This document shows positions 10,790 through 21,133 of a stretch of DNA of 64,000 bases, in pieces. The position numbers and the translations under genes are program-made. The notes beneath the pieces were generated by a model. The model had not been told where the DNA came from. It did no database searches and saw only the letters and a program-made list of their open reading frames with translations. The DNA is taken from positions 576,001 to 640,000 of the forward strand of contig CAWJSK010000012.1 of NCBI GenBank assembly GCA_963845535.1, written 5' to 3'. The number at the start of each line of letters is the position of its first letter. The first letter of the stretch is position 1. This DNA is from an uncultured Spirochaetota bacterium (GTDB lineage: Bacteria; Spirochaetota; Spirochaetia; SZUA-6; Fen-1364).

Positions 10790-12298
10790 TCAGATCTCTA
10801 TGTCGTGAAGCAGGTCGCCCAGGGCGGCCTCGTTCGTTCTCATGCGCTCGAACGCCGGTGCAAGCTTCCGATACGTCTCGACGTTGCCCGCAATGGGCTT
10901 CTCGATGCTCTCCACCCCGTGGGCCTCGTCAACCTTCTCGAAACCGCTCCAGAGGCCCGCGCCAACAGCCGCAACCGCGGCGGCGCCGAGAGTGGCCGCT
11001 TCCTGGTCCACGTTCGTCTTCAGGCAATCCATGCGGTAGACGTCCGCGAAGATCTGGCGCCAGAGCCGGCTCTTGCTCCCCCCGCCTACCATGAGCATCT
11101 CACCGGACAGGGGCACGAACCTCCTGAGCACCTCGAGCACGGCGCCGAGGTTCAAAGCAATGCCTTCCATGGAGGCGCGCGCCATGTCCGCCCGGGTGTG
11201 ACGGAGGTCGATGCCGGCAAAGCCGCCGCGGATGTTCGGACTGGGCTCCTGGGAGCTTCCGCCGGCCAGGCTTGGATTGAAAAGGAGCTTGTTCGCGCCC
11301 ACGGGAGAGGATTCGGCGAGCCGCGTCATATCATCGTATGAGCTGCCCTCGAAGAAGGTGTCCCGAATCCAGCGGAACGAGCTTCCGCCGGCAAAGATGC
11401 TGACTGCTGACGTGAAAAGCCCGGGGACGACGTGGGCAAAGACATACGGCCTCGCCTCATCGTCCAGCACCGGCTTCGTGGAAGAGACGGCAATCCAGGA
11501 AGAAGAACCCAGGGACGTGTATACCCTGCCTTCACGTGTGTTCCGCGCTCCCAGGGCCATGCAGGAGTTGTCCACTCCTCCGCACGCTACCTTCACGGAC
11601 CGGGGGAGTCCCAGCTCCTGGGACGCCGCCGCGCAAAGAGTCCCAACAATCTCGGTTGAAGGCGCGATCTCGGGGAAAATCCCGGCTGGGAGCCCGCTTG
11701 CGCGAATGAGAGCGTCATCATACTTCCAGCCGGCAAGGTCGTAGACGCCGCTGCCGGAAGCGTAGGAGAAATCCGTCAGCGTGCGGCCCGTGAGCTTCAA
11801 GTTGATGTAGTCCTTGGAGCCGATCACCTTGTGGATCCGTTTGAACATCCCCGGCTCATTGTCCCTGTACCACATGATCTTGAAGACCGAGTAGCACGGC
11901 GCGGGGAAGCCGTTCCCCGTGGTCATGTACCAGGGCCTTTCCTCCGCCTTGCCGAAGAAAGCCTCCGCCTGGCGTCCCGCCCTCGTGTCAGACCAGATGG
12001 GAGTCGTTTCCCGGAGGAGCTTTCCCTCCGCGTCCACGGGGACAACGCCAAGGCTCTGCCCGGAAATGGCCATGCATTCGACGTCGGAGCCGCCCGCCCC
12101 GCTTTGCACGAGGAGTCGATGCGTGCTCTCCACGATGGCCTTCCACCAGTCCTCGGGCCGCTGCTCATGCCAGCCGGTTGCCGGGTACACGGTCTCATAG
12201 GAGACGAACGTGGTTGCCAGGCACGCCCCGTCCACGTTGTACAGGGAAGCTTTGCTCCCTCCCGTGCCCAGGTCATAGGCGATGATCTTTTTGGCCAT
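10790..12298 (-). CDS. FGGY-family carbohydrate kinase (xylulokinase-like)
   Basis: YDLGTGGSK, IWSDTR, GSSSW, GGGSKS motifs. Confidence 0.9.
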   Translation of the reverse strand: MAKKIIAYDLGTGGSKASLYNVDGACLATTFVSYETVYPATGWHEQRPEDWWKAIVESTHRLLVQSGAGGSDVECMAISGQSLGVVPVDAEGKLLRETTPIWSDTRAGRQAEAFFGKAEERPWYMTTGNGFPAPCYSVFKIMWYRDNEPGMFKRIHKVIGSKDYINLKLTGRTLTDFSYASGSGVYDLAGWKYDDALIRASGLPAGIFPEIAPSTEIVGTLCAAASQELGLPRSVKVACGGVDNSCMALGARNTREGRVYTSLGSSSWIAVSSTKPVLDDEARPYVFAHVVPGLFTSAVSIFAGGSSFRWIRDTFFEGSSYDDMTRLAESSPVGANKLLFNPSLAGGSSQEPSPNIRGGFAGIDLRHTRADMARASMEGIALNLGAVLEVLRRFVPLSGEMLMVGGGSKSRLWRQIFADVYRMDCLKTNVDQEAATLGAAAVAAVGAGLWSGFEKVDEAHGVESIEKPIAGNVETYRKLAPAFERMRTNEAALGDLLHDIEI

Positions 12299-12311
12299 GT
12301 GTACGCCTCTC

Positions 12312-13010
12312 CTACGCTTCTATGCAGCCGCCCGGCAGGGTTTCGACCGCGCGGACGATCTCCACCGCGGTCTTCAGGTTGATGCCGAACCGCGCAACGC
12401 CCATGCGGTGCATCTTTACCAGCGTGTCCAGCCCGCGGATGCCTCCCGCGGCTTTCACCTTGATCCTCTCACCGACAACGGATTTTATGTATCGGACGAT
12501 TTCCAGCGTGGCGCCGCTCGGCGCCCAGCCGGTGGCCGTCTTCACGAACGCGGCTCCCGCGGAAATGCACGCTTCGCATGCCTGGCGGATCTCCTCACGG
12601 CTCAAGTGGTGCACCTCGATGATCACCTTCACGGGAACGGGCCGCACGGCATCCACCACCGCGCGGATTTCCTGTTCGCAGTAGTCCGCGTCCCCCGAGC
12701 ACAGCTTGCCGATGTTCAGCATCAGGTCCATTTCCTGCACGCCGTCCCGCACCAGGAGCTTCGCTTCCGCCACCTTGATCTCTGCGCAGTGCCCTCCGGA
12801 GGGAAACCCTACCGGAGCGCCAATGAGGACGCCCGGCGCCCCGGCGAGCTCCGCGCGGAGAAACGTCACCCAGCAGGGCAGGACGTGGACGGCGATGAAG
12901 TGGTACTGCTTCGCCGCGCGGACCATCTCACGGATCTCCGCCTCTCCGTGCGGGGCCTGGACGGCGCTGATGTCAATGAGACGGGCAATTTCATGAGCGC
13001 TGAGCTTCAT
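12312..13010 (-). CDS. deoC: deoxyribose-phosphate aldolase-like class I aldolase
   Basis: VGFPSG, EMDLMLNIG, KVIIE, FVKTATG, VKAAGGIR. Confidence 0.85.
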   Translation of the reverse strand: MKLSAHEIARLIDISAVQAPHGEAEIREMVRAAKQYHFIAVHVLPCWVTFLRAELAGAPGVLIGAPVGFPSGGHCAEIKVAEAKLLVRDGVQEMDLMLNIGKLCSGDADYCEQEIRAVVDAVRPVPVKVIIEVHHLSREEIRQACEACISAGAAFVKTATGWAPSGATLEIVRYIKSVVGERIKVKAAGGIRGLDTLVKMHRMGVARFGINLKTAVEIVRAVETLPGGCIEA

Positions 13011-13747
13011 GGGCGATTGGTTCTCCTTGGGGGACGGTCCTTCGTATGGACGCAGTATTCGTAGCGTTCGGCAATGATCAACAGGATGGCGACTTCCACG
13101 GGCCTCCCGCCGCTGTGTGTTATGCGCCGAACCACCAGGAGCGGGGAGTCTCTGGGGATGCCAAGCCTCTCAGCCTCCGCCGGGCTGGACTGACGGGCTG
13201 AGAGGAAATCCGTGGCCGCTTCGATCACGATGTGGTACTCGGACTCCAGGAAGGAGTACAGCGAGACCATTCCCTCGATTCGCTTCTCGATCCCCGGCGC
13301 GAGGTCCGGCACGAGATAGTTCGTCATGAGCGCGATGGGCGTACCGTTGGCAAGCGTCACACGATCGATCTTCGCCAGGCGGGCGCCCGGTTCCAGCTTC
13401 AGGTCAGCGGCGATATGCCGAGGCGCGGGAACAAAGTCCACGGATACCCCGGATTGCGAAACAGTGAAACCTTGCTCCCGCAGCGTCTCGGAAAAAGAGG
13501 TGACGTACTGGAGCTTCTGCGTGGCCTTGAAGTCCAGGATCTCCGTGCCCCTGCCCTGCCTGATATAGAGGAAACCTTGCTGCGCAAGAATCTCCACGGC
13601 CTTTCTGATGGTTGTCCGGCTCACCTGGAAAATCTTCTGGAGGTCCGGCTCGGGCGGAAGAAGCTCGCCGACTTTGTAGTCCCCCACTTCGATCTGGGCT
13701 TTCAGAGAGTTGTAGACCCACTGGTATCGTGGGATGGAACGCTCCAT
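13007..13747 (-). CDS. GntR/HutC family transcriptional regulator (UTRA domain)
   Basis: wHTH LPPE...VSRTTIRKA...GRGT plus a C-terminal UTRA domain. Confidence 0.92.
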   Translation of the reverse strand: MERSIPRYQWVYNSLKAQIEVGDYKVGELLPPEPDLQKIFQVSRTTIRKAVEILAQQGFLYIRQGRGTEILDFKATQKLQYVTSFSETLREQGFTVSQSGVSVDFVPAPRHIAADLKLEPGARLAKIDRVTLANGTPIALMTNYLVPDLAPGIEKRIEGMVSLYSFLESEYHIVIEAATDFLSARQSSPAEAERLGIPRDSPLLVVRRITHSGGRPVEVAILLIIAERYEYCVHTKDRPPRRTNRP

Positions 13748-13777
13748 TCGAGCGAAGCCTCACCTGCGAGTCGGATT

Positions 13778-13795
13778 CATCATGACGTCATGATG
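13778..13795. promoter_or_regulatory. perfect 18-bp palindrome CATCATGACGTCATGATG, probable GntR operator
   Basis: Self-complementary sequence in the divergent intergenic region, just downstream of the gntR promoter. Confidence 0.6.
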
Positions 13796-13808
13796 TTTAA
13801 GGGTTTTC

Positions 13809-13837
13809 AGCGTAACATGCGGTTTCCTGCTTGTCAA
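13809..13837 (-). promoter_or_regulatory. sigma70 promoter of the leftward (gntR) operon
   Basis: TTGACA-N17-TACGCT on the minus strand. Confidence 0.55.
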
Positions 13838-13866
13838 GAAAAAAATGTAACAGAAAAAGGAAAGAC

Positions 13867-13896
13867 TTGACAGAAAACAAAATAAAATAATAGAAT
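13867..13896 (+). promoter_or_regulatory. sigma70 promoter of the rightward operon
   Basis: TTGACA-N18-TAGAAT. Confidence 0.6.
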
Positions 13897-13917
13897 TCGG
13901 CAAACGAAGGTGACAAG

Positions 13918-14985
13918 ATGAAGAGCGACAATCTCGAAAAGATAGGCGTGTGCGTCATAGGTTCCGGACGGGCGGGCATGATTCACGCGCGCAATTTCTC
14001 CCACAGGGTCGGCAAGGCACAGCTCGTTGCTCTTGTGGACGCGCACAAAGAAACCCTGCAGGCGGCGCAGAAAGAGCTGGAGGTCGAGCGGGGCTATTCG
14101 GACTACCGCGACGCTCTTGCCGATCAGCGGGTGGACGCGGTGATCGTGGTCACCCCCACGGCGCTTCACCGCGAGGTTGTTCTTTCCGCCGCGAAGGCCG
14201 GCAAGAACGTGCTCTGCGAGAAGCCCATGGCCATGGACGTGCGGGAATGTGACGTCATGATCGAGGCCTGCGACGCCGCCGGGGTGAAGCTCCAGATCGG
14301 CTTCATGCGCCGCTACGACGAAAGCTTCATGGCCGCCCGCTCCCGAATCGAGGCGGGAGAGATCGGCGACGTGGTGCTGGTGAAATCCCTCACTCACGGG
14401 CCGAGCGTCCCCCAGGAATGGATGTACGATATCAGAGCATCCAACGGTCCCCTCGCGGAGGTGAACAGCCATGACATCGACACGCTGCGGTGGTTCGCCG
14501 CGGAGGAGATCGAGGAAGTGTACGCCATAGGCGGGAACTTCCGTTGCCCGCAGGCGCTGGAGAGCCATCCCGATTTCTACGACAACGTGTCAATGCTCTG
14601 CCGGTTCGTTGACGGCCGCCAGGGCTTCATAGACGGCGCGGTCTCCGTGGGCTACGGATACGACGCGCGCACGGAAATCCTGGGGACCAAAGGAATCATG
14701 TTCGTCGGAAGGCGGGAGCAGGACACGGTGGTGGGCTGCTCCACGGACGGAGGGATCACGCAGTCTTTCGTGAAGAGCTGGCGCACGCTCTTTACGGAAG
14801 CGTACGTTGCGGAAGACCAGGATTTCGTGGACTGCATTAGGGAGAACCGTGAACCAAGGGTCCGCGGAATTGATGGCCGCATGGCCGTGGCGGTGGTGAA
14901 CGCCGGCAACCGCTCCATCCAGGAGCGTGTCCCCGTCAAGGTCCAGGCCGCCGTGGAAAGGGTCCGAGCAGGGGGAAACCGATGA
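13918..14985 (+). CDS. Gfo/Idh/MocA oxidoreductase (myo-inositol 2-dehydrogenase-like)
   Basis: IGSGRAG, VLCEKPMA, GFMRRYD, HDID, YGYDARTEILG. Confidence 0.9.
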   Translation: MKSDNLEKIGVCVIGSGRAGMIHARNFSHRVGKAQLVALVDAHKETLQAAQKELEVERGYSDYRDALADQRVDAVIVVTPTALHREVVLSAAKAGKNVLCEKPMAMDVRECDVMIEACDAAGVKLQIGFMRRYDESFMAARSRIEAGEIGDVVLVKSLTHGPSVPQEWMYDIRASNGPLAEVNSHDIDTLRWFAAEEIEEVYAIGGNFRCPQALESHPDFYDNVSMLCRFVDGRQGFIDGAVSVGYGYDARTEILGTKGIMFVGRREQDTVVGCSTDGGITQSFVKSWRTLFTEAYVAEDQDFVDCIRENREPRVRGIDGRMAVAVVNAGNRSIQERVPVKVQAAVERVRAGGNR

Positions 14986-16040
14986 AAGGCGAATCCATGC
15001 AGGCGGCCCTGCTCTTTGGAAAAGATGACCTTCGCTTGGCGGAGCTTCCTGTGCCCCAGATTCAGGCGGGAGAAGTCCTCCTCCGCGTCAAGGCCGCGGC
15101 TGTCTGCGGCACCGACGTCCGCATGTTCAGAAACGGGGCGCGCGGGGTGGGACCGGATACGCCGCTGGTTCTCGGGCACGAAGTGAGCGGCCTGATAGAG
15201 CGCGTCGGCGCCGGTGTTGCCGGCTACGCTGAGGGCATGCGCGTGGCCGTTGCCCCCAACATGGGATGCGGAGTATGCGACATGTGCGTGAGCGGGAACA
15301 CGCAGTTGTGCGCCACCTACAAGGCGTTCGGGATCAACATCCCGGGCGGTTTCGCCCAGTTCATGAAGATACCGGAAGCGGCGGTGCGCCAGGGCAACAT
15401 TGCCCCGATCCCGGAGGGCGCGGACTTCACGGACGCCGCGCTTGTGGAGCCTCTTTCCTGCGTCTACAATGCTTTCAAACAGAGCGGGATCACGGCGGGA
15501 GACACGGTGCTCGTGATCGGCGCGGGACCTATTGGGCTCATGCACGCCAAGCTCGCCCTCATGGGCGGCGCGGCCCGGGTGTATATGAACGACATCAGCG
15601 CCGAGCGCTTGCAGCTCTGCACCAAGGCGGAGCCCTCCATCGTTGCCGTCTCCGGCGGCCCGCTGGTGGAGCGGATGAAGGAGCTGACCGGCGGCCGCGG
15701 GGTGGACGTGGTCATCACGGCCGCGCCCGTGCCGGAGATCCAGGTTGCCGCGCTGGAAATTGCGGCGGTGAACGGCCGGGTCATGTTCTTCGGCGGCTTG
15801 CCGGAAGGCAGGAGCAAGGTGACGCTGGACACGAACCTCGTGCACTACAAGCAGATCAGGATCTCGGGCACCACCCGGTCCAGCCTCAGCCAGTATCGGC
15901 AAACCCTCGCCCTTGTGGCATCCAAGGCGGTCACCGTGAAGGATCTGGTCACTTCGGCGTCCCCGCTTGCGGAGATCCGGGAATCCTTCGACCGCGTCAT
16001 TCAAGGGAAGGGATTGAAGAACGTCGTGGAGTTCGCGTAA
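14982..16040 (+). CDS. zinc-dependent polyol dehydrogenase
   Basis: CGTD, GHEVSG, CGVCDMC, EPLSC, GAGPIG. Confidence 0.9.
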   Translation: MKGESMQAALLFGKDDLRLAELPVPQIQAGEVLLRVKAAAVCGTDVRMFRNGARGVGPDTPLVLGHEVSGLIERVGAGVAGYAEGMRVAVAPNMGCGVCDMCVSGNTQLCATYKAFGINIPGGFAQFMKIPEAAVRQGNIAPIPEGADFTDAALVEPLSCVYNAFKQSGITAGDTVLVIGAGPIGLMHAKLALMGGAARVYMNDISAERLQLCTKAEPSIVAVSGGPLVERMKELTGGRGVDVVITAAPVPEIQVAALEIAAVNGRVMFFGGLPEGRSKVTLDTNLVHYKQIRISGTTRSSLSQYRQTLALVASKAVTVKDLVTSASPLAEIRESFDRVIQGKGLKNVVEFA

Positions 16041-17541
16041 TGGCTGAGCCTCTTTTCATGGGCGTGGACATTGGCACGCAAGGCGTGAAGGCGGCGATGT
16101 ATGATCGCGCCGGCCGCCTTGTCAAAGATGCGTTTCGAAAGTCAGACCTGAAGCGTCCATCAGCCGGGGTCGTGGAGGAAGACCCCGAGTTCCAGCTCGC
16201 CTCGGTGTGCCAGACCCTGGCTGAATGCGCCCGAGGGGCACCGGCAGGTACCGCCGTGAAGGGCATTGCAATCGACGGCCAGATGGCGGGGATCATCGGC
16301 GTCGGAGAGGACGGGAGGAACGTCACCCCGTACGACTCGTGGCTGGACACGCGCTGTGCGCCGTGGATCACGTTCCTCCAGAAAGAGGCGGGAGCGGAAA
16401 TCGTTCGCAAGACGGGAGGCCCGCCGAGCTTCAACCACGGCCCCAAGATCCTCTGGTGGAAAAACGAACGGCCGGAGGTCTTCCGCCGCATCCGGGCGTT
16501 CGTCCAGCCGGGAGGCTACGCGGCCATGCGCCTGTGCGGGAAGGATGGCTCGCAGGCCTTTATCGACACAAGCTACCTGCATTTTTCCGGGTTTGCCGAC
16601 AGCCGGGCAGGCGTCTGGGATGAAACGCTGTGCCGGCGCTTCGGCATCGACACGGCAATCCTCCCGCGGATCACCGCCTCAAACGAGGTCATTGGCGAGC
16701 TGAGCACCGGGATGGGGAAAGCCTGCGCGCTGCCGCCGGGCGTCCCCGTAGTGGCGGGCTGCGGTGACACCGCGGCAAGCTTCCTTTCGTGCGGGGCCAC
16801 TCGGGCCGGCATTTGCGTGGACGTTGCCGGGACGGCTTCCGTTTTTGCCTGCAGCGTCACGGACTTCAAGACGGATGACAAGGACATGGTGCTAAGCTGC
16901 GGCCGCTCGGCTGTCCAGGGCTTGTGGCATCCGTACGCCTACATCAACGGCGGCGGGTTGAACCTGGAGTGGTTCCGGGAGCAGCTTGGCGCGGGCTGTG
17001 ATTTTGAGACGCTCAACGCCGCGGCGGCCGCCATCCCGCCTTCCGTGGATGACCCGTATTTCGTGCCGCACCTGGGCGGCAGGGTGAGCCCGGGCCAGCC
17101 CCGCCTGCGCGGCTCATGGGCCGGCCTCACCTGGAGCCACGGCATGGGGCACCTGTACCGGGCCGTCCTCGAAGGGGTGGCGCTGGAATACGGCATTTAC
17201 CTGAAGAGCCTGGAGGCGCTGTACGGCACGGGGAACGTGGCGGAGGTCCGCGTGACTGGCGGCGGAGAGAAGAGCGCCGTCTGGAACAGGATCAAGGCGG
17301 ACGTGCTTGGCGTCCCCATCTGCAGATCCCGGGCGCGGGCGGAGCGCCACTTGGCTCCGCCATGCTTGCGGCCGCGGGCGTCGGTGAGGTGGATGACCTG
17401 GACGCAACCGCGCGTGAGTGGATACGCCCCGGGCAGGTGACACAACCCGACCCTTCAAAGGCGTCACTGGGCCGGGAGCGCGTGGAGCGCTACACGGCCC
17501 TCCTGGAGAGCTTGAACGCATGGAGTGAGGAAAGGGAATAG
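16040..17541 (+). CDS. FGGY-family carbohydrate kinase, frameshift near 17320
   Basis: GVDIGTQGVK...GGGEKS. The C-terminus (LQIPGAGGAPLGSAMLAAAG) continues in another frame to 17541. Confidence 0.88.
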
Positions 17542-17542
17542 G

Positions 17543-18100
17543 ATGACGATGAAGCCGTTTGGGTTGGATTTCGACCTGGTCTGGGGGATCATGAAGGAGC
17601 CTGACAACCACTTGATCCGGCTGGCGTCGAGCATGAAAGGACACTACAAGGACTCCGCGGCCCTGAATGCCCTCGTGGCGGACGGTGACCCCGTTCATTA
17701 CGAGGTCTTCGAGAAAAAGATCCCCGAGGAGCCGGGGCAGCTTCAGTTTTGCATCAGCAAGACGTATCCGGGCACCGTTGGCGGGGAGTGCTTCATGACC
17801 AAGGGGCACTATCACAAGGTCCCTGACACCGCGGAGGTGTATCTGTGCCTGCGCGGCGAAGGCTACATGCTGATGAAGCTCCCGAGCGGGGAGAGCGCGT
17901 ATGAGCGCTTCCTGCCGGGGCGCATGGTCTATGTGCCGCCCCTCTGGGGCCACAGGACGGTGAACACGGGGGATGAGCCGCTCATTTCCCTCTGCGTATA
18001 CCCGGGGAACGCCGGACACAACTACGGGGACATCGAGAAGGAAGGGTTCCCCATCCGCGTGTGGAAGCGCTCCGGCAAGGTGGAGATGGTCAAGAGCTGA
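17543..18100 (+). CDS. cupin-type (archaeal-type) glucose-6-phosphate isomerase family protein
   Basis: PGTVGGECFMTKGHYH...AEVY...HRTVNTG...AGHNYG signature. Confidence 0.88.
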   Translation: MTMKPFGLDFDLVWGIMKEPDNHLIRLASSMKGHYKDSAALNALVADGDPVHYEVFEKKIPEEPGQLQFCISKTYPGTVGGECFMTKGHYHKVPDTAEVYLCLRGEGYMLMKLPSGESAYERFLPGRMVYVPPLWGHRTVNTGDEPLISLCVYPGNAGHNYGDIEKEGFPIRVWKRSGKVEMVKS

Positions 18101-18101
18101 C

Positions 18102-19034
18102 ATGGCAAAGATCCTCATCACACCACGATCACTGACACGGGACGGAGACCCGGCCCTTGAGCTTCTAAAAAAAGCGGGTCACGAGCTGCTGCTCTGCACG
18201 CCCGGCAAGGCCCCTGATGAGGAAGAGCTCCTGCGGCTTGTGCCCGGATGCGCCGGCTGGCTTGCCGGCGTGGAAAAGATCACGGACAAGGTGCTGCGCG
18301 AGGCGCGCGGCCTGAAAGCCATCAGCCGCAACGGCACCGGGGTGGACTCCATCGACCTGGAGGCGTGCAAACGCCTGGGCATTGCCGTGCTGCGCGCGGA
18401 CGGGGCCAACGCGCGCGGAGTGGCGGAGCTCACCCTTGGGCTTCTGCTTTCCCTCCTGCGTTCCATTCCCGCAAGCAGCGCAGCCATGAAGGCCGGCGGC
18501 TGGGAGCGAAGCTACGGGATCGAGCTGGAAGGCCGCACGTTGGGGGTCATTGGGTGCGGGAAGATCGGCAAGCTGGTTGCCCGCTTCGCGCTGGCCCTGG
18601 ACATGCACGTACTGGGATATGACGCGTACCCTGACGCCACGTTTGCTCCGTCACCGCGGTTTCGGTTTGCGGCGCTGGATGAGGTCCTTGCCTCCTCGGA
18701 TGCGCTGACGCTGCACTGCCCTCACACGCCGGGGGAGCCCCCGCTCATCAACCCGCGGTCGATTGCAAAAATGAAAAAAGGAGCGTACATCGTCAACACG
18801 GCCAGGGCTGGCCTCGTGGAACCGGCCGCCGTTCTGCGTGCCCTGGAGGAGGGACGAGTTTCGGGCTACGCCGTGGACGCGTATGACACGGAGCCTCCGG
18901 CACCCAGCCCGCTTTTGTCTCATAAGAAAGTCATTACGACGCCGCACATCGGCGCGTTCACCGTGGAAAGCGTCTCCCGTGCCACTCGCGCGGCCGTGGA
19001 GAACCTGCTTGCCGCGCTTGCTGAAAGGATTTGA
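18102..19034 (+). CDS. D-2-hydroxyacid dehydrogenase (phosphoglycerate dehydrogenase-like)
   Basis: GVIGCGKIG, LHCP, VNTARAG, EPP, TPHIG. Confidence 0.9.
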   Translation: MAKILITPRSLTRDGDPALELLKKAGHELLLCTPGKAPDEEELLRLVPGCAGWLAGVEKITDKVLREARGLKAISRNGTGVDSIDLEACKRLGIAVLRADGANARGVAELTLGLLLSLLRSIPASSAAMKAGGWERSYGIELEGRTLGVIGCGKIGKLVARFALALDMHVLGYDAYPDATFAPSPRFRFAALDEVLASSDALTLHCPHTPGEPPLINPRSIAKMKKGAYIVNTARAGLVEPAAVLRALEEGRVSGYAVDAYDTEPPAPSPLLSHKKVITTPHIGAFTVESVSRATRAAVENLLAALAERI

Positions 19035-19036
19035 AT

Positions 19037-20861
19037 ATGCTGAACGGGTATTGCGGCCGGATCCTGAGAGTCGATCTGAGCCGGCGCACGTCGACGGTGG
19101 AGCCCCTCTCGGAAGAGCTCATCACGACGCTGCTGGGAGGCCGGGGAATCGCGGCCAAGTACTACTGGGATGAGATTGCGCCGGGCGTTGATGAGCTGGG
19201 AGAGAAGAACAAGATCTTCTTTTTCACCGGCCCGCTCACCGGCACACCGCTTGTGTCCACAACCAAGTTCCAGCTTGCAACCAAGTCTCCCGAGACGCGG
19301 ATGTACCTTTGCTCCAACTGCGGGGGGGACTTCGGCCCGCAGCTGAAGCAGGCGGGGTTCGATGGCCTGATCATCGAGGGCAGGGCGTCTGAGTGGACGT
19401 ACCTGACCATCAAGGATGGCGCGGTGAGCTTCGGCGACGCCCGCCCGTGGAAGGGGTTCACCTCCACAAGGACGCTGGAAGTCCTGCGCGCGTCTTTCGG
19501 AGAGTCGAAGTGCGGGGCCATGTCCATTGGCCCGGCGGGTGAAAACCTCGTGCGCATATCCTACATCAACGTGGACAACCGGGCGTTCGGCCGCGGCGGC
19601 CCCGGCGCTGTGATGGGCTCCAAAAAGCTCAAGGGAATTGCCGTGAAAGGCACGGGGGACATCTCCGTGGCCAACCCCGAGCGGGTGGCGGAAATCCGAA
19701 AGGCCGCGGTTGCCGACCTGAAGCAGAGCCGGGCCAACCACACGAAGTTCGGGACGCCGCAGTACATCGAGCCGCTGAACTCACTCGGGTGCCTTCCCAC
19801 GCGCAACTTCCAGACCGCGTTCTTCGAGGAGTGCGACAAGGTGGACGCGCACACGATGGTGGAGCAGTACGTGGAGAAGAACTACGCCTGCTACCGCTGC
19901 ACGGTGGCGTGCGGGAAGATGTGCGTCGTCCGGGAAGGTCCGTACAAGGGCGCCAGGGCGCGAACCGAGTTCGAGACCGTGGGGCTGCTTGGCCCCAATT
20001 GCGGGATATCGGACTTCGGCGCCGTGGTGAAAGCGAACCAGCTCTGTGACGAGCTCGGGCTGGACACGATGTCCGCGGGCAACGCGGTTGCCCTCACCAT
20101 GGAGCTCTTCGAGAAGGGCATGATCGACAGGAATGACACCCTGGGGATCGACGCCCGTTTCGGAAACCCCGAGGCTCTTTTCGGCATCATCGAATGCATA
20201 GCGGGACGCAAAGGAATTGGAAATCTCCTGGCGGAAGGCATGTACGGCGTAAAGAAAGCCCGCCCGGAGTGGAAGAAGTTCATCCTCGACGTGAAGGGGA
20301 TGCCTTTTGCGGCGTATGACCCTCGCGGGTTCACCGGGCAATGGGCTTACCAACGGGACCTCCAGCCGCGGCGCGTGCCACAACGTGGGGGGCTGGACCA
20401 TCAGGGCGGAGCTGCAAAGCGGCAAGGTGGACCGCTACGCGCTGGAAGGCAAAGGGGCGCTGGTCAAAGGCGCGCAGGACAGCCGGGCGTACGTGGACAG
20501 CATTGGGATGTGCACCGTGGTGCGCGGGGCGTTCGGTTTCTCCGAGAAACCCAGCGGAGACGTCCTGGAAGCCGTCACGGGTCACGCGTTTACGCCGAAG
20601 CTCATGGAGATTGCGGAAAGGATTTACAGCATGGAGCGAATGATCCTCAACCGCGAAGGGATCAGGCGCAAGGATGACCTTCTCCCGGATCGGATCACCA
20701 AGGAGATGATCCCCAGCGGACCGACCAAGGGAAGGATCCTCACGGCGGAGATGTACGACGTGATGCTGGACGACTATTACGGCCTCCGCGGTTGGGACGC
20801 GGACGGCGTGGTCACCGAGCAAACCAGGCAAAGGCTCGGCTTGACGCAGATCCTTTCATGA
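19037..20861 (+). CDS. tungsten/molybdopterin aldehyde:ferredoxin oxidoreductase, frameshift near 20337
   Basis: GRILRVDLS, GRGGPGAVMGSKKLK, CYRCTVAC, DELGLD, YDPRG. Removing one G in CCGGGCA restores FTGNGLT...RGACH. Confidence 0.9.
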
Positions 20862-21130
20862 CGCCGCGGGCGGTCACTGTGCGCATCCGCTACCTCTCGG
20901 GGCTGCGGGATGCAACGGGAATCCGGATGGAAGAAGTTCCGTTCCCCGCAGGGACCCGCCTCCGTGACGTGTCCGCGTGGCTTGCGGGGAAGTACGGCAT
21001 TGTCTGCCCCGGCCCCAGCGTGATGAGCACTCTGAATGGCCGCGGGTGGAGCCAGACCACGCAGGCGCTGGAGGCGAAGCTGCAGGAGGGGGACGAGATT
21101 GCCCTTTTCCCGCTTCTTTCAGGAGGATGA
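20858..21130 (+). CDS. MoaD/ThiS sulfur-carrier protein
   Basis: Small beta-grasp protein ending LFPLLSGG, ATGA-coupled to the AOR gene. Confidence 0.88.
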   Translation: MTPRAVTVRIRYLSGLRDATGIRMEEVPFPAGTRLRDVSAWLAGKYGIVCPGPSVMSTLNGRGWSQTTQALEAKLQEGDEIALFPLLSGG

Positions 21131-21133
21131 GAC

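Noticed and set aside
14652..16004. 450-aa minus-strand ORF (likewise 4062-5219, 8217-9794, 32425-34167, 41700-43160, 55762-56811)
   Set aside because: Antisense or alternative-frame shadows of well-supported genes.
15266..16039. N-terminal extension of the FGGY kinase (724-aa ORF)
   Set aside because: Overlaps the dehydrogenase in another frame; the kinase motif begins at ATG 16040.
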